Source: Saccostrea cucullata
Taxonomy: Eukaryota
Direction of reading: 5' to 3'
DNA length: 64,000 nucleotides
NCBI RefSeq assembly: GCF_032062105.1
Contig: NW_026937553.1
Location: 1-64,000, forward strand
In this document: positions 13,101 to 26,375 of the stretch, in pieces
How positions within the stretch are numbered: the first letter of the stretch is position 1
How the letters are laid out: every line of letters starts with the position of its first letter
The notes under the pieces: model-generated
Seen by the model: only the letters and a program-made list of their open reading frames with translations
The model's database searches: none
What the model was told of the DNA's origin: nothing
Position numbers and translations under genes: made by a program

Positions 13101-16100
13101 CAATTTTTTTTCAAAATACGATTTATGTAAAATGCTTACATTCCTCTAAATTGTTCTCTCCATAGAGTATCCAGTATCCACTCATAAGTACCCTCTCTAC
13201 CAGGCCGTAGCTGAGGGTTGAGTCGTGATAAAGTAAGCTGTAATCAGCAATGGAGAATCCAAGAATGAACACAAACAAGATCACCATGAATGGTATCAAG
13301 TCATCAACGAACTGAAATGAACCAAAATGAAAGGTATAAGATTTCTGAGCAAAATAAGTCAGAATTATAGTATACCACAATAGCGAGCCATAGTGCAGAA
13401 TTTTTTTGAGTGAGATCATCAACACAATTACCATTTTTCCAATCATAACTAGTTTAGGTCCAAGATTTCTTGACACAGCCGTCAGAGCAAGCACCCTTAG
13501 TGTAAATAAAGTGACATCAATTGCAAGAGCAACTCTGGATATATCAAGTATTTCAACTAATTTCAGGACAATTCCAACCACAAAACACACAATACAACAA
13601 ATGTCATTCAGGTTCCACCACCTAAAATGACTCCGGAGGTAGGTAACATATTTGATCCCTGAAGATGGTATCATCTATATTAAAAAAAGAAAGCTTTTTC
13701 TCGTTTTTTTTTTTTTAATTTTGTTTTTAGCAGTGAAAATTTTAGATTCTTGTTTGAGAATCTAAATTTTTACTGTTAAAAACCAAAAGTATTTTTAAAA
13801 AAAAACATCAAAGGGTAAAAAAAAACTTTAAAAAAAAATAGTTTGGCATTTCATTAAGTACTTGTCGAATTTCTTCTGTCGTGTAGCACACAATGTAGAG
13901 AATAAGGTAATAGTCTAATCCACTCAGTCCTGAAGAGAAGTCCACCAATAATTCATAGGAAAGAAGCAGGACAAAAATGATGTATGGTATCTATTATCGA
14001 GGTAAAATATCATATAAATTCAAATATTAAATTTTTAGATAAATGGTTTAATGATCACAATGTCTTGGTGTATTTCAATTAGAAATTTATATATTTGCTT
14101 CACTAAGCTTTATTTTATTGGATATCATTTCAATGATTAATCAAACAGCTTTTCTAAAAACCTATGATAAAAAACTTTTCTAAAAAAAGTTAAAATATGT
14201 ACTCACGAAGAGAAATATACATTTGATGACAGGTACGTTAAAATCGCTGACAACTCTGGTTACAAAGTTTATGTTCACCACCCTATTAAGGAAAGAAATG
14301 TTATCTTTTTTTTTTTTTGGTCATAAATTTTGGAAAAAAAGAACTTTACTTCCAGCATGCCTGAAAAATACTTACAACGCAACAGGAAGTGCAAACGGGA
14401 AAATGGCTAGAATAAGCAGAGGTAGAAACAATTTCTAAAACAAAAAGCAGCATGTTAATTTATGTATAATTCATGTTATCTCCTTATATGGTGTATTTCA
14501 TTTGATTATATTTTATCTCTATTATAAAGCAAAGATTGATTAAATATAATATTCGTCCTTTTATTTACCAGTAATTGTAACTTTTTAGATGTACACTCCC
14601 CTATCCATTTTCTATGAAGCACGTCTCTAACCGACCGATGTCTGAAGAATTCAGTCTTGTGGAGTTTGTATGCCACTGACAGGTAATCTTCTGGTTTCAT
14701 TAAAAGCAGTAATTCCGTAAACAGCTTTGGATCCTTTGTCCTCTCCTCTGTTTCTTCAACATTGTTACAGTCTTCCATTGCATTGATACCGCTAAGGACT
14801 TCCACTGAGAAATCATGGTATTGATAGCATTCATTTAAAAGATTGGTAGCATGGCTGATGAATTTTCTGAAGGAAATGAAATGATTATGATATTTAAAAC
14901 AATATTTTGCTTAAATAATGATAAAAAGGTTATACGTATTAATGTCTTAACATGCAATAAGAGATACTTTGATTAGTAACAGAGCTTGCATGAATTTGAA
15001 CCTTATCCAAAAAGAGTTGGAAAACATTTCTTTTTCTTTTTTTTTTTTGGATAGAATTGAACTAAGTGTTTTAATAATATTTCAACTCGAATTGATTGTA
15101 AAGCTAACCTAAAGAACTTTTTTTTTCATAAGTAGAGAAGGAAACATTCTTACTCAGAAGTCAACTGAATTTTTTCTAAAGTCTTAGATCCGTAAACAAT
15201 GTGTTTCAAACCATCAAGAAGAGCACAAGCCACGAAACATTCTCGTATTGTCATCTGTATTAAATGCAAAACGAAATTATTACTCTTCTGAATCAAGTCT
15301 GTAATCAGTGAGAAATGTCGATCTAAAATTTGTTTTTTTTCTTTTGTACCTGTTTTGATCTCACCCAAAATGACTTGGTCACACTTGTCTGTTCAGAAAC
15401 AAGATACCAAATAAAAATGTCCAGGTGTGTGGGTTGATGGGGGTCTAATCCATTTACTATCGGAATTCTTTTTTGCTCTGTGTGATGAACACTTCTCATT
15501 ACTTTTCCTTTATCATTCTGCAGTTTAGAGGTAGCTAACAAATAAATAAAACATATATTTTTGGACTGGTTGTTACATGTATGGCCACAAAATTGCAGGA
15601 AATCGTTTATTTCAAAAAACTATATTATTATAAATAGACCCCAGGTTTATGAATCTCTGAAATATACTCACGAAGTTCGATAAGTTTAAGAATGTCGGAT
15701 TGAATTCTTTGTAAGAGTTTCTTAAACACTACATTTATACCATAAAATGATAGATTCTGAAAAAGAAATCATGTTTAAATGAAGGTGTAAGGTTCCGATT
15801 TCAGCATCAATAGATTTGTAAAAAGATTATTAAAAATGTAATTAATGTTTACCTTTGATTTTAATGAAGATTTGATTTGAGCTTCGTCTGGAAGCTACAT
15901 AGGAAAAATTTAACCAAAGTAAAATAAATAATTATATAAAAGAAATCTGAAAAAGAAGAAAACACTTTGATATCTCCTCATTATTACATATGTTTAACCG
16001 AAAAGATTCTTACCCTGCCATAGAGATATAATATATCTTCCCAAGTTAGTCGGGCGAGGAGTTTTTCTCCTAGATTTTCTTTCTGATATTCATAATCGCA

Positions 16101-18396
16101 CAGGAGATCACAAAACAGTTGGGGTCCCCTCTCTATTATCCTGCAGCCCAGGACACGGGATGATACCTACAGAAGAGTATTGAACATGTTATAGTTTGGT
16201 TTTTATTTAGTGGTAAGAAAATATTTCTTTCATTTGTATTTATCAAAATATTGAAACACTTCTTCCAAACATGAAATTGGTTTTATACCTCTAAGAATTT
16301 AAAAAAAATAATGAAAATCCTGTTGCATTAAACGAGGGAAAATATATCTTACTAAACAAAACAAAAGTAAAACTCCAATTATTATTTCAAAGTACATGTA
16401 CATGTATCTACTTACGTACCATTTTATCCATATCAGAATCTGAAAATAAATCTCAATTTTATTTCATTGTATACCGGGTATGTTGAATGGCAAAACACGT
16501 GCTTTCATCATGAAAATAAATTTTAATTTCATTCATATCAGATCCTATAATCAAAATCATACATTAGGAAATATATATTACCAAGAAAAGCAGCTCGTGT
16601 GATGTGGACTCCTAAGAAATCCAAATTCTGACAAACTTGAAAAAGATCACTTTGTGACTTCATTTCGTCAATTAAGTCAGAGAGAATGGATATAGCTTCC
16701 ACTAAGTCATTCTCCAACGTGAAGATAGATCGTAGGAGTGGTTTATCAGGTAATATTTTTTCCTTTGATTTAATTGTTGCTCCTGTACCATTGAGTCGTT
16801 CATGTATCACTAAAAGAACATCTGCAATGCCTCCACTTCCCTATAAAGAATATTATTTTTACATTAACTAGTAAATTAAAATGAAACAAGAAATCTTGTG
16901 TTTACATGCTTCAAAAGTAACAAAAACATTTCGATCCTTCATCCACTCCAACAAATCGTTTTTTGATCTTATGGCATATGATCCCATCTATGATGCTTTA
17001 AAGAATATGTCAGTGTTTGCTATGCTCCCGACTTTCATTGTTTCAATCTTAATGATTAACATTTGAATACTGTTGCATTATCTCCACATTTAATCAAACA
17101 ATAACATGAATAACTCTCACCTTTACGATTACAAAGGGAATCTTTTTAAGGTATGCCAGCTTGATTTGCTCCAGGGTCTGCAACCCCCCACCGTAGACAA
17201 CTATAACAAGGGGAGTGGTCTCATTCGTTGGTGTACGAGGGTCTATGATACATGCAAAAGAAGTTCAGAAATTAATCTTTTCTCAAAAATATAAAGTGAA
17301 ATTATTGATAGTGACTTCTACTTATTGTCTTTTTAGTGGTATGTTCTAAGACCGATTATTTGGCATAAATAGTTAAAAATAACCATTCTGACTATATTTA
17401 CAATGAAAATGGAGAACGATATGAATAAATTAATCCATGCATATGGGTCCTCCTGACTCAACCCTTACCTTTCTGAAGTAGAATTTGAATGGCTGTGATA
17501 TCTAATGACGCCCCATCTCGAATTGCTATCAAGCTGCCGTTAGCAGTATCAAGTATATTTTCTTTCATTTCCAGATCCTACACAAATGAATTGCCAAGTT
17601 TGAATAGATATTACCGAGTACTTTCAAATCAAATTTAAACAAAATTAAAATGGAATGAAAATTTACCTTTCCCGGTTTGAAAATATCAACTGCATGAAGA
17701 ATGCCAACTGTAGCCACGTTGAGTCTCTTTTCTGAGAACTTCTCAGCATCTCTTATAAATCCCACAGCTTTGCCAACCAATGTGGTTAAAATGCCACTTT
17801 GACCATTTGGAATTACTAAAGCATCTTTCAAAATTATCAAAATAATTTGTAAATACGTTTGAATGTTTTCTTTTTTTGTAATTTTTGATAATCTAATATG
17901 ATTGAGTAGCGCCAAAGCGGCCTTGGTACATATATTCAGTTAAGCAGATGACAAAAGAAATAAAGTATTAAACATTTTATATACATGTACCTGTAAAAGC
18001 AAATATCTTTTGAACACTTTCACTGAACTTCAAAATTAAATCTTTATTATACACTTTTTCATATGTACAGGAATCGTCAGGAATTGAAATAAGAACACCA
18101 TGCATAGATGCAAAGGAATCCTTATCACCATAGATATTGTCAAGAAAACTTTGTCGGATGGTTTCTTTCTCAATCAAACTTTCTTCATGCTTCCAATATC
18201 TTTGGATATCGCCCGCGTTTCCATATAAGTACTATAAAAAATCAAAGGTGTAAATTTCTGTTCAAGAGAACACCGTTCACGAAGGAGATGATATGATTCA
18301 ACCATAAGATATACATTATTGAAAAAAAATTAATCTTACCTGATATTTTTTATTGTTTTTAAAATGTTCCCCCACTATAACATGATCACATTCCAT
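10159..18396 (-). CDS. Divergent TRPM-family cation channel, copy A (SLOG/MHR, S1-S6, TRP helix, coiled coil; no NUDT9-H or kinase)
   Basis: ATG at 18396. SLOG motifs ALVIPNGQSG..VGKAV..TVGI and GSGGIAD. MHR4 DIFIWYLV and VRDVLHRKWIG. S2 EEIRQ, S3 WNLND, S4-S5 SRNLGPKLVMIGKM, S5 DLIPFMVILFVF, pore YWILYGE, S6 LLLNVLIAMF, KPLLPPPF. Terminal exons end RLASLELEVSKQSKEIEALRRDLAFLLNDY* with stop at 10159. Confidence 0.88.
10775..11525. mobile_element. Non-autonomous DNA element with imperfect terminal inverted repeats and internal repeats (intronic)
   Basis: Ends gtactatgtgcagtgagctcaca..ggtaacccc and ggggtatcagtgtgggctcagtgttcatggtac are roughly inverted. Internal repeat catctctta..actcctc.tatacca occurs at about 11119 and 11302. 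Confidence 0.5.
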
Positions 18397-18592
18397 AGCT
18401 ACAAATGGTAAACCTTAGCACATCAACATTAAACCAATATCTAAATGGTCCACTTTACTTTGTCTGAAAAATAATTCAACACACTAACAGAAAATAAGTA
18501 GTTCTTGTAGCAAAAAATTAAATTACATAATTGTCATTATAAATCAACATATATTGAACATGTAGCTTTATTGTTTAATTTGAAACATTTAA

Positions 18593-19052
18593 GGCCCAAA
18601 AAAATTAATGGATAGTTTCTCAGGCCAAAAAATTCAAAATTCAATGCAGCAGGCAGGCTTTTTTTTTTTTTTTTTTTTTTTTTTTTGAAACAGGTTTTGC
18701 ACTTTTTTAAAGTCATTTGTACAATAAAATGATAAAATAAATCTACTGATTCTTAATTTTTGTTTTCTGAAATTAATTATAATATGCATTCAACTTTAAA
18801 TAATGTTATTGAAAAAACATTTATTTAAAAGTTAATTCATAAAATTTGTAAATAAAGAAGAAATATATTGTTTTTCTAATAAAAACGTCTATCTTAGCAT
18901 CATCAAAAAACCAATATCTCAATTTTCTTTTTCAACTTGAAACAAATAGAAAATTAAGTTATTTCCCTTTTCAAAAAATGTAAATTAAAATTGATCATTA
19001 TGCGGCCATTTTTGAACTGATGTAGCGGTTTATTGATTAATTTTTGGGGGCC
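18593..19052. mobile_element. PIF/Harbinger (Tourist)-like MITE
   Basis: TIRs ggcccaaaaaaattaat / attaattttttgggggcc with a TAA target-site duplication on both sides. Confidence 0.75.
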
Positions 19053-19630
19053 TAAACACGCTTTTTTAAAATCCTGAATTTATCTACTGAGTAGTTAAAA
19101 AATAAACCAAAAACTTGGAACTAACAAAATTTCCCGATATTATAATTCTTCTTATCATGTTTTAATTTTAACAAAACATTTCATAACGCGAGTTTCCTTG
19201 ATCATTTATAGAAAAGAACAATGATATGGGTACTAATCACATTTTCTGGCATATGATACCTGGATCGTAAGTTTTTTTTATATATTGTTTATCGACTATG
19301 ACTATAAATATCGACTATCTATTGTAAAATCGACTTGACAAAATAAAAAAACATAGATTCTTTTGATACTTTTTTAAATAAAATAATTGCACTTACTTCC
19401 TTTGGGTTTCTACGGAAAATTTAATTTGTAAATAGTGTCTCATTTTACAAGCATTGTTCTTTTATCTAAAGAGCGTTCAGGAGATTTAATTCAAAGGAAA
19501 CATTTCTTCCGGAAAATTACAACACAGTGCCAAAGGAAAGTTTATAATGCTTATCCACAAATGATTTGAGCTTTAAAAACTAAAGAAAAATTCAACACAT
19601 GGAGGAACATCAGTTAATAAGTCGATTCAA

Positions 19631-22600
19631 ATGATGAAAGTAAGTGTTGTATGTCGAAAATTTGATGACTACGGAATTATAAACAAAGGAGATGTCATCA
19701 ATGGATTCACTGTAGAAAAGGTTGAGAGTAAGTTCCGAAATATATTTTTGTTTTTGGCAATGAATGCCACCTCTATAAATTTGGAAAATTTTACAGTACA
19801 TATCTATTGGAATTTAGATAAAGAAACTGTCTTCTGCGAATAATTGTATTTTTTTCATACTCAGGCAATAAACACCACCTTTGTCAATATGGAGACTTGT
19901 ACAAAGAAAGAAGCTGTCTTCCTGTAAGTTGACAATGTACATTTAGTCTTTTAAGAAAACTATAGTCGGAAGGAAATTTTTATTTTGTTACCTATATTAC
20001 AGTTTGTCAGTGGAACTTTTCATGAAATAGAGAGATATCTTAAAAGTAAAGAGAAAGGAAACAAAATGGTGCTATCCTTTGGCTCGATGCTATTTAACAC
20101 AAGCTGTGGACTCGTACTTAGTTTGGTCGATGGATGTGATGCCCCATTGGAAACAACACTGTTTAGATGTTTTAAAATTGCTTTAGAAAATGTTATAACA
20201 TCAACAGGTGGGACATTTACAGCATTTATTATTTGAAAGTAGACTCAGAAAAGCAAAGGAAAAGGTTAAAAATTAAATATTTTTTCCGCTTCAGAATCTC
20301 TGGTGATTACCAATGGGTTTTCATTGCAACATGTATCAATGTGGGCTAAACTTGTTCAAAGAATTAATGACGACCGTATTTTGTTGGCAAAATCGCAAAT
20401 AAGGTTCATTGGAATTATAAATTGGGACGACATAGCATGGGTAGGTTTTGCAGAATGACCAATAAAATAATAATTCATCATTTTCAGTAATTAAAGATAA
20501 TTATTTAAGAACAAATTAACATCTGCTGAAAATCTTTTTAATTATCAAAATTCATTATGATTTTTTATGTTATTTACATAATTTTGGCTTTTAGTTTGTT
20601 TGCATGATCACTACCATTTTAAGATGAAAATGGAAGTTACAATGAATTATTTACATAGTTTATCAATAATTTCTCTCTCCATGTTCATTGATTACAACAA
20701 ACTTTAGGGACCTATTGACTTTTGTACCAATAACAACACACTGGATAGTGGTCTCCATTTTCTCCTCATATCACAACAACCAAGCAAATTCAAGCAGCAA
20801 CAGTACGATGCCATGGGCAAAGTCGAAAACCTTCTTTCAAAACAAAGTGGTACTCAGTACAACAATATTTACATGTATAAATACATAAATACTCAGTACA
20901 ACAATATGTACATGTAGCAATCGGAAAAAAAATTAAGTAAAATGCTTTAAAGCAGTGAATCATCCATTGTAGGTGGTTTGTATGACAATGAAACAAGGTT
21001 ACCAAGAATATTGATTGTCTATGGTGGAAAACTTCATGCACTAAGAAAAGTGATAAGTGCTCTTGCATCATCGATACCAGTTCTTATCATTAAGGTATCC
21101 ATTTGTATTTCTTTTATTAAATCTTTAATAAATGACCAGATTCCTATAATACCGTAATGGTATGTATGTATCACTAGAGCTTTGCACCAAATTGGTAGTG
21201 TGTCAATGGACTTCATATTTCATCATATCTAAAATATACATTTTACATGTTTACAAGTGAAAGATTGAATTCAAATAGAGCAACTTTCTACCTTGCTTAT
21301 AGGGCAGTGGAGGTGTAGCAGACATATTAGTTCAAATAAAAGTTCTTAGAGACGATTTTTATGTAGCGAGAAGTGTTCATGTCTTTGAACAAGATGATAC
21401 TGAGGATGCGCGAAAAATGATTGAGACACTCAAAGTAAGGAAAAGCCTGATTGAAAGACTCTGGATAACCGATATAGAGGAGTTTGAATCGAACGTGGTC
21501 AGGATAGCATTTTGGGGTACGTTTGACTTGCTGGATGTATGAACTGAATGGGTAACAATATGGTACATTTATATATGCATAAAATGAAATACTTTGAAAA
21601 TAATCTTGAAAGCAGATACATAAAACAACTATAGTAGTATAGCAATATGAGTGTCTTCACTAAAACTTTCCAAACTAGAAGATCAATTTTCTTTAACTTT
21701 TATCGTAACATACATTTTGCTTTTATTTTCAGAAGAATCGAAAATAGAAAAGGTTGGTTTCAGTTGCATACAGACAGAATCACAAATTTACTTCTTAATC
21801 GACTATTTACTTTGATATCAAGAATATAAAAAATAAATATATTTGTTTTAGATACATACAGACAACATGTGCAAAAATATAATTCGATCAGGAAACCGCA
21901 TGCTTTTGAGCGTTTTAAAGCACCCTGATCTGATAAATCACCTGGACAGAAAAATGACGAAAGAAATGCTACTCTTCTTGTATAGCAATGTAAGAATAAA
22001 ACATAAATTATCGATTCCGCAGATGAATTTTATTTTATTATAATTAAATATGATTTTTGAATTGTTTAAATTATTTAAAGAATTTTTTTCGATATTTTAA
22101 GAATTACGAATCATCTTCTTAAATTAATAATTTTTACATAGATTCCAAAAGGCGCCCAGATATTGAATTCATTGAATACAAGATCAAGCATGCAAGGTTT
22201 CCCTGAGGTACTAGTAATTGCTCTGTTGATGTATTTTCTCAAATTCTTTGAAAGTTCAATTAATATTAATAGGAACAAAAGAAATGTAAAATCTTGTTAC
22301 ATTTTTCAAAGGAATGAATTATTATCTTTATCTTAATTCAAATTGTATTTTGTTCTTTTGTTTGAGTACTTATTTAAAAAGCGTTACAGTGTACAATGCA
22401 CGAAAAACCCTAAATGAAAATGCACAAATGTACCAGTAGTTATGAGATTTTTTTTTAAAATCACTCTTTTCCTCCCTAGCTGGATTTACAAATGATAAAT
22501 CAGGTGAACATAATTCTTAAAAGTCAGCTGCAAATTAAAGGATGCTATTATAAATTGAGTAAGTATGCAAAGGATCCTATTATAAATTGTGTAAGTGTGC

Positions 22601-25600
22601 TCTACATTTATTCATATCTTACTTTTACATTTGGCGAACATAATTTTATTATTATTTTTTTTTTTGGCTTACTTGTATCATTTTCCCCCTGAAAAACGGT
22701 ATAATTGTCTCTTAAGTTTTTGAATAAATTAACCTCGACTTTACAGCTGTGGAGGAGAAAATGACATATAGAGATCTCTTCGTGTGGTATTTACTGACAG
22801 AACAAACAGAACCAGCTTTTCATATTTGGATGTATTCTAATGTGGTAAAAGGATTCTTTCCTTTGCAAGTATCCTTCCCTCTGTTTTTTTCCTTTTCATC
22901 CTTAAAAAGGGAAGTTTATATATCTTTTATTTGTCTTTTTAGTTGCCTATCTGGGACGCTTTGTTATGCAGCTTCATCTTGGATGGAATGAAACATATTA
23001 TATATGGACAGAAAACTATAACACTTTTCAAACATTTATCAAGGTTGTAATAAATATTTGGACAAAACAATACTTTACATTATTTAAATGAAATTGTTAT
23101 TCCTCAAAACTAGTAAATAAATAAAGAATGTCAAAGGTATATCATTTAAAGGTTGTTTTTTCACTTCCTTCCCGGTATAAAAACATATGTACACGTTCGT
23201 TTACTTTTTTTTTCAAGATTACTCTTTATAAAAATTTTTACTAGAGAGTATGTGCAGCATTCGACAAATATTCTTCATGAGTGCTACATCAATGAAGAAT
23301 ATCCAGATTCGAAAGACATAGTCGAACATGTGCTGTTTGAAAAACCATATGAAATTTTCCTGCATGCCTACAACAAGAAAAAAGAAATTTTCTTACACCA
23401 TAGATCAATCACGGACATAATCTATAGGCGCTGGTATGGAAACAGGCTTCACGGCACTCAGTCTCCTAAGGTATTTAATGAATTTTTCTATGACTACATG
23501 TTTAAATTTTATTTATAGGTTTAAATCTTAGAAACACATAATCTAGTAAAGTATATCATAAGAATTATAGATAAAAGTATAAGTTCTCTGTTACAAAAAG
23601 AAAAAAAAATCAGTGGTAAGAAAAGAGACGACAATTATATATGCATTGATATGAATACAGTATTCAGTTAATTAGATACTATAAGATATATGTTTACTTT
23701 TCAGGTTGTAAAGATAGTACAAGCAGTACTTTTCTTTTTGATTCTTCCCTTTTGTTTACTCCTTTTACCATTTCTAGCGTGAGTATTGTTTCATGAAAAT
23801 AGGCCCTAAATGACAATATAAAACATGTTATATAAATACAGAACATTTATTATAGTTTTTTTAATGGCGACAAATTAAATTTCAGACTTTTCAAAGAGGA
23901 ATTTCTTCGACGAATAATGAACAGCTACAATACGGCTTTTATCAAGTGTTGTTATTTCAATGTAAGTTGTAAATACTTACATATATCAATTCATAGCAAA
24001 CCTACGTATTTCATGGCTGTACTTAAACTTGAATCGATTTGTAATTTTACCCAATTAATATTTGCACTTCGTAAATATTGCAAAAAATGTCTAAATGACA
24101 TACTAGTACCCTCATCCCCAGGTTTCATATACAGCCTTTATGTGTGCTCTTACGGTGACTGTTTTATCCGGAGTCTCTGATCCTTTCTCTTGGACTGACC
24201 TGATGTTGTTGGTGTGGTCAGCTTGTTTTGCTCTGGACGAAGGGAGGCAGGTAAATTGAGGAATTTGTCATTGAAACTTTACATATTGTCTGTTACCAGT
24301 CTATTTCTGTTTGAATCCTGTTTTGTTTTTGGATCTTTTCAGATAGTTGCAGCCCAAGGGAATGGTATAGGAGAAAAGTTTCGAGCTTACATAGACTGGA
24401 GAAATACAGTGGATCTTGCTAACGTGATTCTTTTCTTCATTGGCATGATTCTCAAATATTTCAATGTTAGTTATTTAGCTCGGGTTATTTTAGTCGCCAA
24501 TCTTTTGCTGTTTTTCCTGCGGATTCTTGATCTGACATCGGTATCAAGGAGACTTGGTGTTACTTATGTGGTTGTTAAAACATTGGTAAGTTTTTTTCCT
24601 GATCTCTTGCTCATGCACATTTCAAATTCTGAAGACGCCGTATTTGCTTTTTTATTGAATTTGTACTCAATGCATTATGTTTTCGATTAATAAATGAAAG
24701 CATTTAGGTTTATCTTCATTTAAATAATAATTACTTTTTGATTGTTTGTGTTTTTCAAGATCACTGGAAAGAAAAAATTTATAATTTGTGTTCAGATTGT
24801 AAGAAAAGAATCTGATTCACATAAACCTTCTGAGGTTGTGTTATTGTGTTCAGAAAAATCATAATTGCTGCTTTTGGAATAGGCTGCACCTTGTTTCATT
24901 TATAAATCAAAGTTTACCACTTAAAATGTTTTAGGACAATAATTGACAATGCCATGGGGAAGCAGTACTGGATTATGTATGGCGATAACAACGTTGACGA
25001 TTTTGATACCAGTATGAATAATAAAAAAAAATCTATGATGGATGTCAAAAAAATATATTAGTAAAAACTGGACAGGTAATCTACATTGTCTTTAAATTTA
25101 TTATTTTTGCCTATGTTGCAGGCGACAGCAAAATTTCAGTCAGACTCGTTCCCTATCTACGAGGCACAGCAGCACTGATTTTCTTTGTGCTCCTCTTTAA
25201 CACTCTTATTGCAATGTTCACGTAAGTTAAGAAAGTAACAAATTCAAATTTATTTATTTAAAATAACTAGAAAAACAGGACAGAAATTCACTTAACTCTT
25301 TTCTTGAATTTAAGGGACCGATACCAAAAGATAATAACACAGAGCAAAATGCATTGGTTGTACAACTTTGTTGAGCTTATCGATGATTACGAAGAGAAAC
25401 CTATTTTACCACCGCCTTTTGTTATGTTGTTTACGCCACATATGCTGCTGTTCGGTCTTATGTGGTGTTTTACCATCCCATTTCAATCGTGTTCCGATCC
25501 CAGGCACAAGCATTCTCTTAAAATTTTGACAAGGATCTTTTGCAAGTGCAGACTCCGAAATCTGAAACGAGGGTCGGATTTTTTTGTAAAATGTAAGTTA

Positions 25601-26375
25601 CTTTATAACATTGTGGCATAAGCTAGTTAAGCTACATTTAGTTTATCTCTGATATTTTTTTTCTTCTTTTGGTAGTTTATTTGTCATCTGCAGTGAAGCA
25701 TAAACCCCAGTTTACAGAGAAAAGAATTCACAATATTTTATCAGAGATAAAGAAAAAGTACATCCACAGGTAACTCTCTCTCTCTCTATCGGCATTTGAG
25801 AAATATTTTTTTCGGAATGCTAATAGATGGCATTCCTACAACTATTTTGCTTCAGAGTCATTGCTCACGGACACCATCTTCTAGGGCTAAGAAGCTAATT
25901 TTCCTCTTTGAGTAACCAATTTAAAACATGCATGCCATATTCTAGGGCAAAGTAGTGAATTTTCTTCTTAGGGCAACCAGTTTTAAACATGCATGCCAGA
26001 AAGATAAGACAAAAGGGATCTGGGAATGCTGACCTACAATATTGCGGCCATGGGATATAACACCTCAATGGAAAACCATCTATACACAACTCTTCAACAA
26101 CTCTTAATAACTCATTCTATGAAATTGCTTATTTTATTAAATATATTTTCATTATTAAAAAAACATACTGTTTCATAGATGGAAAAAGTCGGATATGACG
26201 AGGAAGCGCTGATGATCTCTCAAGATTTAGAAGGTAGGAATATATTCTTATAATTATATACAACATGTATATGGAACAAAAGTCATTTTTACACAACAGA
26301 AAGATTTTAATATTGGTAAATGAAAATTTAAATTACTGGTTTGTACTTATAGCAAAGGAAAAGAAAAGTACTTAA
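19631..26375 (+). CDS. Divergent TRPM-family channel, copy B; S5 segment disrupted (possible pseudogene allele or assembly error)
   Basis: About 18 in-phase exons from 19631 to 24585 (LVITNG, PRILIVYGG, PVLIIKGSGGVAD, RDLFVWYLL, DIIYRRWYG, DEGRQ, WRNTVD, SRRLGVTYVVVKTL). Then pore YWIMYGD (24935-25011), S6 LLFNTLIAMF (25122-25221) and KPILPPPF. The last exons are uncertain. Confidence 0.8.

Noticed and set aside
20851-20915. 39-bp tandem duplication tactcagtacaacaatat.tacatgta
   Set aside because: Ordinary two-copy intronic slippage duplication that does not affect the exons.
1-26375. TPR-CHAT + ATPase + SLOG channel read as a bacterial-style defence operon
   Set aside because: These are intron-containing eukaryotic genes on alternating strands and the CHAT dyad is lost. 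Adjacency alone gives no functional link.
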